Source: Octopus bimaculoides (taxonomy: Eukaryota). From it: DNA of 64,000 nt. Positions within the stretch are counted from its first letter, which is position 1. Each line of letters opens with the position of its first letter. Location: assembly GCF_001194135.2 (NCBI RefSeq), contig NC_068984.1, forward strand, positions 138,872,521 through 138,936,520, written 5' to 3'. Below, piece by piece: positions 51,780 to 63,955 of the stretch. The notes under the pieces were generated by a model, which made no database searches, was not told the origin of the DNA, and saw nothing but the letters and a program-made list of their open reading frames with translations. The translations under genes and the position numbers were made by a program.

Positions 51780-52150
51780 AGCTATATAGAAATATGATCA
51801 TGGAAGCACCCACAGCCAACCAGCGGGGAGAAAAAAGACACTCACCCTCCCCTCAGCCAAAACCTTGAGGAATTATTTGTCCCTTCTTCCCATTTTTGTC
51901 TAACATGGCCTTGCTCAAGTTCGGCAGTTTAAATGTATGTGGCCTGGCAACGCTTTGGAAGCAGGGACGCTTCCTTAACGACCTCAGGGCATTGAATTTG
52001 GACGTCGTAGCCATTAACGAAACCAGACTGACCGGGCCGCATGCTTTCATGCCCCTCTTCGATGGAACGAGATCTACGTGTCTCCGTGCTAGCCGAGAGA
52101 GGATGGTGGAACTGCGGTTCTGTTCCGGAAAGGTCTGGTTTCTGTCTAGT
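51780..52150 (+). mobile_element. L1/Tx1 LINE ORF1 end / ORF2 APE endonuclease N-terminus relic
   Basis: MALLKFGSLNVCGL...DVVAINETRL (LNVRGL...QET motif). Confidence 0.8.
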
Positions 52151-52703
52151 GGCTATTGCAAATTAGCTTGTTTGATTGTCGCGGGTGAAAAGTTTGAAGA
52201 CAAGCCCCTTCCTCTTCGGCAGTGGTCTCACTAACTATTCCAGGTTCCACTTGAAAAGAAAAGTTAGACTTGAGAAGGAGGTGCTGTCCTCGTGAAAATT
52301 TACAGAAAGATGGGTCAATATTTCAAGAACAGTCCGAATGAATGGCCTTACATAAACACCAACTTCTAGGCGCTTGCGCCCTAGCGAGTAGGTTGTTTCG
52401 TGTCTTGTGGGGTTTCTACGACTAACCCAGCTAATCTTCTTTTGGGAACCACTGTTTTTTTAATACTTTTGATTTTTAATTTTGTTTACACGCTTTTACG
52501 TATGACCTCACCTTTTTTGTCCTGTATCGTCCCTCTGTGTCAGTCCCCTGGTGGCTAATAAAGAAAAGAATTTCTTACCGAACGGACATTGTTATTTGTG
52601 CTCGTGAGTTTTATTATTATTATTATTATTGTTATTATTATTATTATTATTATTATCATTATCATCATCATCATCATCATCATCATCATCGTCATCATCA
52701 TCA

Positions 52704-52761
<58 letters not shown>

Positions 52762-53205
52762 NNNNNNNNNNNNNNNNNNNNNNNNNNNNNNNNNNNNNNN
52801 NNNNNNNNNNNNNNNNNNNNNNNNNNNNNNNNNNNNNNNNNNNNNNNNNNNNNNNNNNNNNNNNNNNNNNNNNNNNNNNNNNNNNNNNNNNNNNNNNNNN
52901 NNNNNNNNNNNNNNNNNNNNNNNNNNNNNNNNNNNNNNNNNNNNNNNNNNNNNNNNNNNNNNNNNNNNNNNNNNNNNNNNNNNNNNNNNNNNNNNNNNNN
53001 NNNNNNNNNNNNNNNNNNNNNNNNNNNNNNNNNNNNNNNNNNNNNNNNNNNNNNNNNNNNNNNNNNNNNNNNNNNNNNNNNNNNNNNNNNNNNNNNNNNN
53101 NNNNNNNNNNNNNNNNNNNNNNNNNNNNNNNNNNNNNNNNNNNNNNNNNNNNNNNNNNNNNNNNNNNNNNNNNNNNNNNNNNNNNNNNNNNNNNNNNNNN
53201 NNNNN

Positions 53206-53244
<39 letters not shown>

Positions 53245-53997
53245 ATCCAAGCACATTCAAGCATGCACCCACGTGCATATAATACAGAAACACACATCAC
53301 ACACACAGACGCCAATCCCTTTGAAATCATTTGCCTCGCTCAGTTATCACTACCTTTCAAATTTAACACTGAACTAGGAATCATGCCTTTGCCGCTTCCA
53401 TTTCAGTAAAAGAGTAATGGAATGCATGCAGAAAACCAAATTGAAACCAAAATTCTTCTCTTCACACTCTAGTTGTAATCTCCACCGCACTATATATCGT
53501 CATCTTTCCTTTAATTATCAATCAGATATTTCTAAACTAATACCACCATACAATTATGAGAAAAAAACTCACAATAGTAACATATCTATTAATGTTAATA
53601 TTATGTTCTTTTGACAGCGATAATATATGTATATTCAGTGCTATACCTATTTCAGAAACTGAAAACCTGATTGTAACTTGATCGCCTTTGCTACTGATAA
53701 TAAACTCGTAGCTGAATTTCTAGTCATTTGCTTCTATATTTCATTTCAACTACAACACAATTTTCTTAATAGCCTTAATATAACACTTCCACTAACAAAA
53801 CAAAATTACTCTGAGATCCAAGGATAACGTATTCTTGCGGATAACTTTTAAGAGAAATAATAGTACACCCAATTTAGCAAGAATACAAGCACTTACATAA
53901 TTACAATCTTCAAATTCTGTATTAGAATCAACTCAATAAACAAGTTCGGCAAAGCTACCTTGTCGATTTTGCCTATTTCCCGGTTTTCATGGCGTAT

Positions 53998-54371
53998 CGT
54001 GGCACTCCATCGGTTACGACGACGAGGGTTCCAGTTGATCCGGTTGATTTGTTCGTGAAATTAACGTGCAAGTGGCTGAGCACTCCACAGGCACGTGTAC
54101 CCTTAACGTAGTTCTCGGGAGATTCAGCTTCACACAGAGTGTGACAAGGCTGGCCCTTTGAAATACAGGTACAACAGAAACAGGAAGAAAGCGTGAGAGA
54201 AAGTTGTATGAAAGAGTACAGCAGGGTTCACCACCCGACCGCTACCGGAGCCTCGTGGAGCTTTAGGTGTTTTCGCTCAATAAACACTCACAACACCCGG
54301 TCTGGGAATCGAAACCGTGATCCTACGACCGCGAGTCCGCTGCCCTAACCACTGGGCCGTTGTGTCTCCTC
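53998..54371 (-). mobile_element. SINE family A, full length
   Basis: Family consensus; TSD CATG(G/A)CGTAT at 53988-53997 and 54372-54381. Confidence 0.9.
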
Positions 54372-54415
54372 CATGACGTATATATTCCTCACCTGGACGG
54401 GACGTCAGGTTGTCA

Positions 54416-54881
54416 GCGAATTTTTTTTTCCCACGAGAGATCCGAACCCCAGTTATGAACTCATTTGCATACAGCCAATCAGAACTCAACTATCAAACTA
54501 ATTTATGAGTGATGGGCAATAAGATAAGGTCACTTGGGTAAGGAATGACCATGCTTCTTTTCTCTTATAATAATGCTTGTTTTTGTTTCAACCATGGCTG
54601 CCTCTGCATAGTTATTTGTGTCGTTGATTACTTTGCAAACAGTAAGGGGAGAGGGTTTCTAGCACATCACCCTCTACCCACATTTTCCCTTATCCACATC
54701 TTTACCACATGGGGCTCTATCAAAATCCTATAATAGGTATAGATGCAAATTTATTTAATTACTTGCCATTTTGAATGTCGACCTTTGTTAACTTGACAAC
54801 AAGGTCAAGGTGAGATCTGATTGGCTGTATGCAAATGAGTTCATTACTGGGGTCCAGAACTCTCGTGGAAAAACATTTCGC
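54416..54881. mobile_element. MITE with ~65 bp TIRs and degenerate 9 bp TSD (Mutator-like)
   Basis: gcgaa.ttttttttcccacgagag.tc.gaaccccagt.atgaactcatttgcatacagccaatcaga and its reverse complement; flanks AGGTTGTCA / GGCTTGTCA (7 of 9). Confidence 0.82.
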
Positions 54882-54889
54882 GGCTTGTC

Positions 54890-55050
54890 ACAGAATCACT
54901 CATTTTTGCCAACAGAGTGGACTGGAACAACGTGAAATGAAGTGTTTTGTTCGAGAACACAAAGCGTTGCTCGCTCCAGGAGTCGAAACCACCATCTTAT
55001 GATCAGGAGTTCAACACCCCTAACCACTAAGCCATGCGTCTCCACAAGCA
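54890..55050 (-). mobile_element. tRNA-derived SINE family D head (related fragments at about 24215-24300 and 24660-24720)
   Basis: Minus strand gtggagacgcatggcttagtggttaggggtgttgaactcc...ggtttcgactcc...aaaacacttcatttcacg. Confidence 0.7.
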
Positions 55051-55082
55051 GCTCAAAGCTGTTAATACTATTCATATCACAC

Positions 55083-55540
55083 AAGGCGGCGAGCTGGCAG
55101 AATCGTTAACATGCTAGTAAAAATGCTTAGCGTCATTTCGTCCGGTTTTGTGTTTGCGTTCAAATTCCACCGAGGTCGACTTTGCCTTTCATCCTTTCGG
55201 GGTTGATATATTAAGTACCAGTTGAGCACCGGGTCGAGGTAATTCCCTCCCTCGAAATTGTTGGCTTTGTGCTAACATTTGAAATCGATATTATCGATAT
55301 CACACGAGACAGCGAGCTGCCAGAATCGTTACTGCACCGAAACATTTTTTAAAAAGAACGGGGCCTTAGCAGCATTTCTTCTGACTTTAGGTTCTGAGTT
55401 CAAATACCGTCGTGATCGACTTTGCCTTTCATTCCTTTGGGGGTCGATAAAATAAATAGCAATTGAGCAGTGGAGTCAATGTGCTCGACTTCCTCACTCG
55501 CTCGAAATTGCTAGCCATGTACCAAAATTTGAAACCAATC
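55083..55540 (+). mobile_element. Two diverged SINE family B copies in tandem
   Basis: aaggcggcgagctggcagaatcgtta... (55083-55290) and agcgagctgccagaatcgtta... (55306-55540). Confidence 0.8.
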
Positions 55541-55894
55541 TGTGTATGTTGCCGAACGCTTGTAGCTGCGTTATTTCGTGTGGGAGAGATCTCTTAAGGG
55601 TCACTGTATACTTTCAAAGCTTGACAATACTCATACATTAAGTATGTGGCTGTGATAATATTTGCATTATTGAGCTGCTTCTAATACAAAATTTGAATTT
55701 TATTCTACTATTTGTAGTTCAAATGGATTTTGCGCTGCTGTCCTCGTTCCCGTCCGGGGAGATTTTGTTTCGCTTACCTTGGAAGTATACTGTGTTTTTA
55801 TCTTAACGCTATGCATCTCTGAAAGGATCTCTGCCAGACAAAATGCCGCAGCAACTAACGTTCAGCAAAACACATATATTAAGTATGTGATCTT

Positions 55895-56128
55895 TTGTTG
55901 TTTATTTGTTTCAGTCATTCGAATGCGGTCATGCTGGGGCACCGCCTTGATCAAGTTTATTCGAAGGAATCAACCTTAGTACTTATTCTATAGGTTTTTA
56001 TGCTGTACCGCAAAGTTACGGGGACAAAACACACAATCACTGATTTCAAGCGGTGCTGGGGGACAAATACAGGCACAGAAACATATCAGCGCGCACGCAC
56101 ACATGCACGCACGCACACACACGCACGC

Positions 56129-56190
<62 letters not shown>

Positions 56191-56330
56191 ACGTATATAC
56201 AACGAGATCCCTTCAGTTTACGTCTACCAAATCCACTCACATGGCCTTGGTCGACTCGAGGTTATAGTAGAAGACATTTACCCAAGGTGCCACACAGTGA
56301 GACTGAACCCAGAACCGTGTGATCAGGATG
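55895..56330 (-). mobile_element. SINE family C, full length, expanded internal (CA)n
   Basis: Both conserved halves flank (CA)n at about 56090-56190. Confidence 0.85.
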
Positions 56331-56906
56331 CAAACCTCCACTCATTTCATTAGATTTTATATTTATAACTTCCATACCGAAATTACGTCATTAAAATCAT
56401 TTGTTTATTCTTAATCTAAGTGGATATTTAATATATGATTAATTACAACACTACCCTCTTTGGTTGCATATTGCATTCAGGTGTATTTCTCTTACACTAC
56501 AATTTAAATAATTTGTTACAAAGTTAACATAGCTACACTTAACAACACAAGAAGAAATAAATGAAATGATACCTCATTATATGAATACAATAGCAGTATA
56601 TGTTGAATTAGTTAAAGCCATATTACTCCATATTTAGTCGTTCTTTTTAATCGCGTGTTACATGAAGTCTGTGATTTAAATAGTTGCTTTGATAAAATTG
56701 TCAGTTTTAAACATCCTTAAAGATAATACAATATATTTATTTAATTTCTTTCAATTATCAGAAATACTAAACAACACTATCATTATTGTTTAATGTTGCC
56801 ATTATTGTTTACACAGTCAGAAAATTTTTTAACTTCTTCAAAACATCTATGATAAAATTAGAATTAAACTCTTCTCGTATAACGTTTTAATGTTAGCCAT
56901 TCATAT

Positions 56907-57206
56907 GCGGAGATGCAATGGCCCAGTGGTTGGGACAGCAGACTCGCAGTTGTGGGATCGCGGTTTCGATTCCCAGACCGGGCGTTGGGAGTGTTTATTG
57001 AGCGAAAGCACCTAAAGCTCTTCGAGGCTGCGGCAGGGGTTGGTGACGAACCCTGTTGTACTCTTTCCCCACAACTTTCTCTCACCTTTTCTTCCTGTTT
57101 CTGTTGTACCTGTATTTCAAAGGGCCAGCCTTATCACACTCTGCCACGCTGAATCCCCTGAGAACTGCGTTAAGAGTACACTTGTCTGTGGAGTGCTCAG
57201 CCACTT
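56907..57206 (+). mobile_element. SINE family A, 3'-truncated
   Basis: Head gcggagatgcaatggcccagtggttggg...; ends at gtgctcagccactt. Confidence 0.88.
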
Positions 57207-57258
57207 TTTATTCTTTACAAACAATATACAATGCTTCAAGCAAACTACTGTACTGTCC

Positions 57259-57290
<32 letters not shown>

Positions 57291-57513
57291 CAGGCAAAAG
57301 TCTTTGGCCATTTTAAACTATTGTAAATTTCTACTTATAAGTGGATGTTTCGATTGTGTTTTTACACATGAAACATTGACCCTGTTAGAGTCATTCTATA
57401 CCTAATCATTATAATTTGTAGAAAGGGTTCTGAATGAGAGGGAAAGATGTGCGATGACCACCATATTGTCCTTGCAAAAGTTTTCGGTCGCCTCACATAA
57501 ACCAATCAACATA

Positions 57514-58130
57514 CAGTGTTTTAAAACAGAAAATATCTATAATGAAAATTTATTACATAATGTCCATTTCAAGAAGTTACTGTACATTGTTGCTATTTCG
57601 TGTGGCTTCCCTTAGCTTGAGTAATTGCTTCAATGCGCCTGGGAAAAGACGCATGCGAAACCTTGACCATTTTCACAAGTATGAGATGCCAATCTATGTG
57701 GCTGAGTTTCCACAACTCTTCAAGATTGTGTGGATTCTTCTGACGAACTCTTCTCTTTGGTTCTGTCCACATTCGCTCGATTGTATTTAAGTCAGGGCTC
57801 CAGTCTTTCAATACAGTAACACTTTCATCAACCAGGCTCTGTTGTGCTGCATACGATCTGTGGCATGGAGCTCCGTCATGCAGAAAAATCTCACCTTCAT
57901 CCAAGTCTGGTATCAAATTGTCCTTCAGCAACTGGATGCAATTGGCACTATTCAAGTTACCGTCAAGTTTTTTGAACCATCACTTTTTATGTATCCCCAA
58001 AGCATCAGACTCTTACCCCCAAACTTCACTGATTTTGACATGTAACACGGGTCGATCTGCTTTCTTCTTTTGGGAAATTCACGCTTATTAGAAAGTGAAA
58101 CGACGCACGTTACACTACAAAAACATTGCA
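57514..58130 (-). mobile_element. Tc1 (DD34E-type) transposase relic
   Basis: VKFGGKSLMLWG; FLHDGAPCHRS; WSPDLNTIERMW; PRRIEAITQAKGSHTK; terminal TA|CAGTG at 57512-57518; a SINE-C fragment follows at 58135-58340. Confidence 0.88.
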
Positions 58131-59482
58131 AACTGCCCCATCGTTTGAAAACTGGTGTTGGTCTGTTTATGTCACTGCATCTAGCGGTTTGGCAAAAGAC
58201 ACTGATAGAATAGATACCAAACTTTAAAAGAAAAACGTAAAAGGAAGTATTAAAGTCGATACATTCGACTAAAAGTTTTGCAAGATAGTGCCCACGCATG
58301 GCTGCAATCTGAGGACCGAAATAAGTAAAAGATAAAGGGTATAGTGTGACAAGTGGTTACAAGTTTCTGTACAAGATGTGTTATATATATAAAAAAAACA
58401 AAATGGGTGAAAATGTGGAATAATATTAAGAGGATTATGGTAATCTTTTAAGACAAATTAAAGAAAAAAATTCTCTATGATATTTCATTTAAACGTGTAA
58501 AATATTATATATNNNNNNNNNNNNNNNNNNNNNNNNNNNNNNNNNNNNNNNNNNNNNNNNNNNNNNNNNNNNNNNNNNNNNNNNNNNNNNNNNNNNNNNN
58601 NNNNNNNNNNNNNNNNNNNNNNNNNNNNNNNNNNNNNNNNNNNNNNNNNNNNNNNNNNNNNNNNNNNNNNNNNNNNNNNNNNNNNNNNNNNNNNNNNNNN
58701 NNNNNNNNNNNNNNNNNNNNNNNNNNNNNNNNNNNNNNNNNNNNNNNNNNNNNNNNNNNNNNNNNNNNNNNNNNNNNNNNNNNNNNNNNNNNNNNNNNNN
58801 NNNNNNNNNNNNNNNNNNNNNNNNNNNNNNNNNNNNNNNNNNNNNNNNNNNNNNNNNNNNNNNNNNNNNNNNNNNNNNNNNNNNNNNNNNNNNNNNNNNN
58901 NNNNNNNNNNNNNNNNNNNNNNNNNNNNNNNNNNNNNNNNNNNNNNNNNNNNNNNNNNNNNNNNNNNNNNNNNNNNNNNNNNNNNNNNNNNNNNNNNNNN
59001 NNNNNNNNNNNNNNNNNNNNNNNNNNNNNNNNNNNNNNNNNNNNNNNNNNNNNNNNNNNNNNNNNNNNNNNNNNNNNNNNNNNNNNNNNNNNNNNNNNNN
59101 NNNNNNNNNNNNNNNNNNNNNNNNNNNNNNNNNNNNNNNNNNNNNNNNNNNNNNNNNNNNNNNNNNNNNNNNNNNNNNNNNNNNNNNNNNNNNNNNNNNN
59201 NNNNNNNNNNNNNNNNNNNNNNNNNNNNNNNNNNNNNNNNNNNNNNNNNNNNNNNNNNNNNNNNNNNATATATATTTGACAGGAATGGCAACAAAAGAAA
59301 GAAAGAGACCTCGATATTATGCAAATAGAGGAATTTATCCGTAAAATATGTGACACTTTTTCAGTAGCCATGATAAAACTCCGACTAAACCCTTCGGCTA
59401 AACCCTCTAAGGCGGTGCCTAAACACGACCGCAGTTCAATGAATAAAACATGTAAAAGTTAAAACATAAAGAAATATAAATA

Positions 59483-60342
59483 CAGCCTTACCTCACTCTA
59501 CGTCGTTAATTGGTCTCAGGAGATACGACTTAGGTTGAAAAACGACTTAAGCCGAATTAACTTGTCCCTAGGCTAGGCTAGACCAAATGTATTTGTCTCT
59601 AGGCTAAACGAATAATAACTATTCCCAGTTCTGCACTTTATTTCTGAATGCATTTTCAATAATACATGGTCTGATATGCTTGATATGTGCTAAAATCTTG
59701 TCCTTATTATGTACAATCGTCGATACAGTTGTCCGACTCATCCCAAAGGATTGTGCAAATGCTACTACATTTTCACCTTTTTGATGGCGTTTTATCATAG
59801 CTAGTTTATCTTCCAGCGATATAGCATGACGCTCAGCACTTTCACTATGAAATTTCTTAGGAGTCATGGGGCAAAATCTAAAGTCACAAATGAATGGGAA
59901 CGAGAAAGTAGCCGATAAACAGACGTAAACAAATTTGAATTCAAAACAATACCGGGAATCACGAGTGACAAAGACACCTGATGGTAGATGTTGGAACTAC
60001 AGTGCAATATGAGCTCCGGAAAACCGTTAAATAAGACAACACTGCTGATTTCATGATTTCGTTCACTAAGCTACACTACTTTATGGTGTGTGTCTTAACA
60101 TCTACCATGCGTATTTTAATACGATTCTATATGTTTTATTCCTATTTATTGTACAGTAACATGATTTTATGTGCTTTTAACGGTTCTCTAGTGATTTTAC
60201 GATTCAAATATTTGTGGCGGACAGACGTAAAGTGGAGTAAAATGACTTAATTTGAATTTTATTTTTCCATATATTATTTTTGAAAACCGACGTATTATCG
60301 AGAACGACTTAAATCGAAACATTTTCAGCCGAGGTATGCCTA
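59483..60342 (-). mobile_element. pogo/Tigger-like non-autonomous element
   Basis: CENP-B-type HTH AISLEDKLAMIKRHQKGENVVAFAQSFGMSRTTVSTIVHNKDKI; termini TA-CAGCCTTACCTC and GAGGTATGCCTA-TA. Confidence 0.8.
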
Positions 60343-61303
60343 TATTGAACCTCAAGAAATCTTTATTTTTTCTTTAGAAAAGATTAAACTATTGTCTGAG
60401 AGAGGATATGTTCATTGTCTTCAAAAAGGCTTTCTGGTTTCTATTAGAATTCCCGTATATTGCAACAACACTTGATAAATGGTGGAATATTACATCACCC
60501 TATTCCTTTTCTATTTAATTGTAGAAATTTGAAAGTAGAATCGTCAATTAAAATCGATTTGTTTTAATAATAACATGTTTCTATAATAAACAAATTTACA
60601 TCCCGTGAGCTGTAACTTGAAAATTGCGTCCCTGGCTTTCAGCTAGTCACTTTCAAATCATATTAATTTTCATAACTAATAATGTTTGACAATTGGAATC
60701 AAAATGTAATTAGAATGGAGAGAAAAAAAGTGAGAGAAAAAGGTGGAGAAAAATAGAGTGAATGAATACGTAAGTGCGTGAGTAAGAGAGTGAGTGAGGG
60801 AGAGGGTGAGGGAGTGAATTAAAGAGCAGAAAGAGAAAAACAAAGTGTAGTGAACCAAAAAGAACGTGCTAACTATTTTAATTTCCATACTATTACATTA
60901 AAATGATTTTGATACTATTAAATTAAAATTTAATAAAACACACCATTTCACCAACCTTTCTCATCCCCACCTCTCTCTCTCTCCACACAGACGCACAATT
61001 ACACACTAAGATTCAGTTCAAGTTAATCCTTCCAACGAAATACCCTTTACTAGGTCGTATGACTGCTAGAAATAGCAGCCAGATTCTCTCAAAACACAAG
61101 CCATAATATATTCATCACTTAGAAAACTCGGAGAAAATATATGCTTCTGCAAACGTTATCTTTATTTTATATTTTTCCTTTTACTACTTGCTTCAGACAT
61201 TAGAGTGTGGCTATGATGGGGCACCGACAATAAAGAAGCCCGTCGTGTATATAGAAATATATATATATATATATATATAAGATATAGATATAGATTAATA
61301 TAA

Positions 61304-61338
<35 letters not shown>

Positions 61339-61502
61339 GACATATATATATATACGTGTATAAGGGATGACCACTAGGTGGACATCCAATATGCTAGAGA
61401 GAGGTCATCAACGACCCAACCACAAACATAAATAAAGTTCTCCAGAAAAATTTCGCAGAACACCAGAACAGGAGAAAATGAGAAATATACAGAATAAAGA
61501 AT

Positions 61503-61576
61503 TATCTATGGACTGCAGTTTCGAACATTAACGTTTTACTTACGTAACAACATCCGTGTTCTCATCAGCATATATA
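61503..61576 (-). ncRNA. Type I hammerhead ribozyme, catalytic core intact
   Basis: Minus strand TATATATG-CTGATGA-GAACA...TGTTC-GAAAC-TGCA-GTC^CATAGATA: helix I 7 of 8 pairs, helix II 5 bp, helix III AC/GT with palindromic TGCA loop, GUC triplet. Confidence 0.85.
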
Positions 61577-61794
61577 ACATAACATAATATTATGTAAATA
61601 ATTATAAAAACGGTAAAAGCCGATACATTGTTTCAACTTATATATATTTTTCTGATATACATAATCACTGTCCCATTATATATATTAGTCGCTTCAGGGT
61701 CCTTTGAAGGATTTCTTTTCCTCGTTTTGTTACATTTTTTGTAAAAAATAATGTGTCTTGAATGGCATAGCAATGCAAACTGTTATAATTTAAT

Positions 61795-62010
61795 CATCCA
61801 TAGTCTGTTATAATATTTCGGAATATAAAAATTCCTTCTTCAGATATTCCTAGGAATTGATCGAGTCACTGCTATAATCAGTTTTCCAACGGTCTTTTTT
61901 TTTTACGGAAGTGTCTCAGCAGTGGTGTCACGAAGCTCCTTCCGGAATTCCTCATGAGAAATGCGTGAGGGCGGCCCTGTCTCAAACTCGTGTGTGCTGG
62001 CACATTCATA
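61795..62010 (-). mobile_element. Penelope-like 3' UTR fragment with minimal hammerhead motif (61806-61848), same family as about 50700-50910
   Basis: ccctcacgcatttctcatgaggaattccggaaggagcttcgtgacacca...aatatCTGAAGAAGGAATTTTATATTCCGAAATATTA, shared with the 50.8 kb copy. Confidence 0.8.
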
Positions 62011-62015
62011 GCGCT

Positions 62016-62733
62016 GTTTTGTCCACAGATTCTGCACTTATCACTTTCTGCTGTGTTGTCTGTTCTGTATTTTATGTAGTTTGTTCTTAGTGCTTGCTCT
62101 TGGGCAGCACAGATTAGAGCCGCTGTTTCCGGTTTTTGGTTTTCTAATTTTAAATCACTTAGAGCCTCCGTTTCTAGTTTTAAATCACTTTTAGTCATCC
62201 ACAGCCATCTTTTTTCTCTGTCTGTCTTATCTTCAACATCCCTGTGAAATTTTCCATGCGTTCTTTTCTTTACCCACCTATTTTCAGTTTCATTCGTTTT
62301 CAAAATCTTCTACAGTGCTTTATCTTTGCAATATTTCATCCTACACAAGCCTGACCTTCTCATCAGCGGTTCTGTGGCATTTTTTACATACCATGCTATG
62401 TTGTTTTCTTCTGCTCTAATGCTGTGTTCGCATCCAATAAGTTCTCTTCCCCCGCTTTTTCTTTTTTTTGGTAATTACAGTCTGTCTGTGTCACTTTTTC
62501 TGTGGAGTGTCCCATATCTAGTTAGCAACTTTCTTGTCTTTCTGTCTAAGCTGTTTAGTTCATCTACTGTCCATTCGATTACCCTTGCTCCATATCTAAG
62601 GAGAGAAACCGCCCAGGTGTTGTTAGCTTCAATCTTATTCCATCCGTTTAATTTCAACTTAAGGATCAGTCTCAGTCTGCACAAGTACTCCACCTTAAAT
62701 TTTTCTGTCATTTCTTTCTCCATCAATTTATCC

Positions 62734-62736
<3 letters not shown>
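62016..62736 (-). mobile_element. R4/Dong-clade LINE fragment (thumb to zinc knuckle)
   Basis: EYLCRLRLILKLKLNGWNKIEANNTWAVSLLRYG...LDRKTRKLL; ETEA..ICAAQEQALRTNYIK...KCRICGQ; begins right after (AAT)n on the minus strand. Confidence 0.88.
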
Positions 62737-62791
<55 letters not shown>

Positions 62792-63070
62792 NNNNNNNNN
62801 NNNNNNNNNNNNNNNNNNNNNNNNNNNNNNNNNNNNNNNNNNNNNNNNNNNNNNNNNNNNNNNNNNNNNNNNNNNNNNNNNNNNNNNNNNNNNNNNNNNN
62901 NNNNNNNNNNNNNNNNNNNNNNNNNNNNNNNNNNNNNNNNNNNNNNNNNNNNNNNNNNNNNNNNNNNNNNNNNNNNNNNNNNNNNNNNNNNNNNNNNNNN
63001 NNNNNNNNNNNNNNNNNNNNNNNNNNNNNNNNNNNNNNNNNNNNNNNNNNNNNNNNNNNNNNNNNNNNNN

Positions 63071-63378
63071 CTTTTAGAGAAACGTTGTCATCTGCTGGTA
63101 TTGATACATCAATTAGAAAGCATTTTTCTTCTTCATGATCTTTGACAACTATATCTGGTCTATTTGCCTTAATTTCTCTATCTGTGTGTATTGGCATATC
63201 CCAGAGTATGGTTGCTTTCTCGTTTTCTGTGACTTTTTCTGGCGTGTGTTTATACCATCTTTTTTCTGTTGTTATTCCATAGTGTTGGCATAGCTTCCAG
63301 TGTATATAGGTCCCAGCTCTGTCGTGTGTGTGAATATATTCCTTCTTAGCCAGGACTGGGCAGCCAGAGATAATATGA
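63071..63378 (-). mobile_element. R4/Dong-clade LINE fragment (knuckle end to restriction-like endonuclease)
   Basis: NHIISGCPVLAKKEYIHTHD...ILWDMPIHTDREIKANRPDIVVKD...CFLIDVSIP (RHD and PD-D motifs); begins right after (AAT)n. Confidence 0.88.
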
Positions 63379-63400
63379 TTTTATTATTATTATTATTATT

Positions 63401-63871
63401 GAGAGAGAGGGCAGCGAATGCCGTCAAAATAACACTGGGGTACAAATATAAGTCCAGTTTACCCATTATGACTACCCGTCTGATAAGAGTACACCCGGTA
63501 CATGCATCACAACCATAGGTGCGCAACATGGTGATCTCATATCAAGATAACCAGCGCATGACCTTGGTTGAACGAAACACCCATGTTTCCAGAGGTGAAT
63601 TATTCAAACCCCAAAGAATTCCTCTCAACACATGGCTATGATGCTCCCCCACTACTTCTGCTCATGATCACAGATGCACATATCGTCAGCCACCAAGAGA
63701 CATGCTCAACTGGTTACGGTCAAACAACTGACAAGCAAATCTGTGGTATTAAGCAGAATATTTGCTGTAGCCCATCTTTTTATACCAAGACAGAACAATG
63801 TACGTGATAACACTTCCAATCAGTTAAGATCAGAAGCCATGGGAGCCACTGCTTGGTGGTGCATCAGGGCA

Positions 63872-63872
<1 letters not shown>
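63401..63872. repeat. Non-coding ~470 bp interspersed element flanked on both sides by (TAA)n
   Basis: Sharp boundaries into (tta)n at 63380-63400 and (att)n from 63873; no credible ORF. Confidence 0.55.

Positions 63873-63955
<83 letters not shown>

Noticed and set aside
63800-63872. Possible HDV-like ribozyme at the end of the (TAA)n-flanked element
   Set aside because: Could not fit P1, P1.1 and P3 pairing by hand
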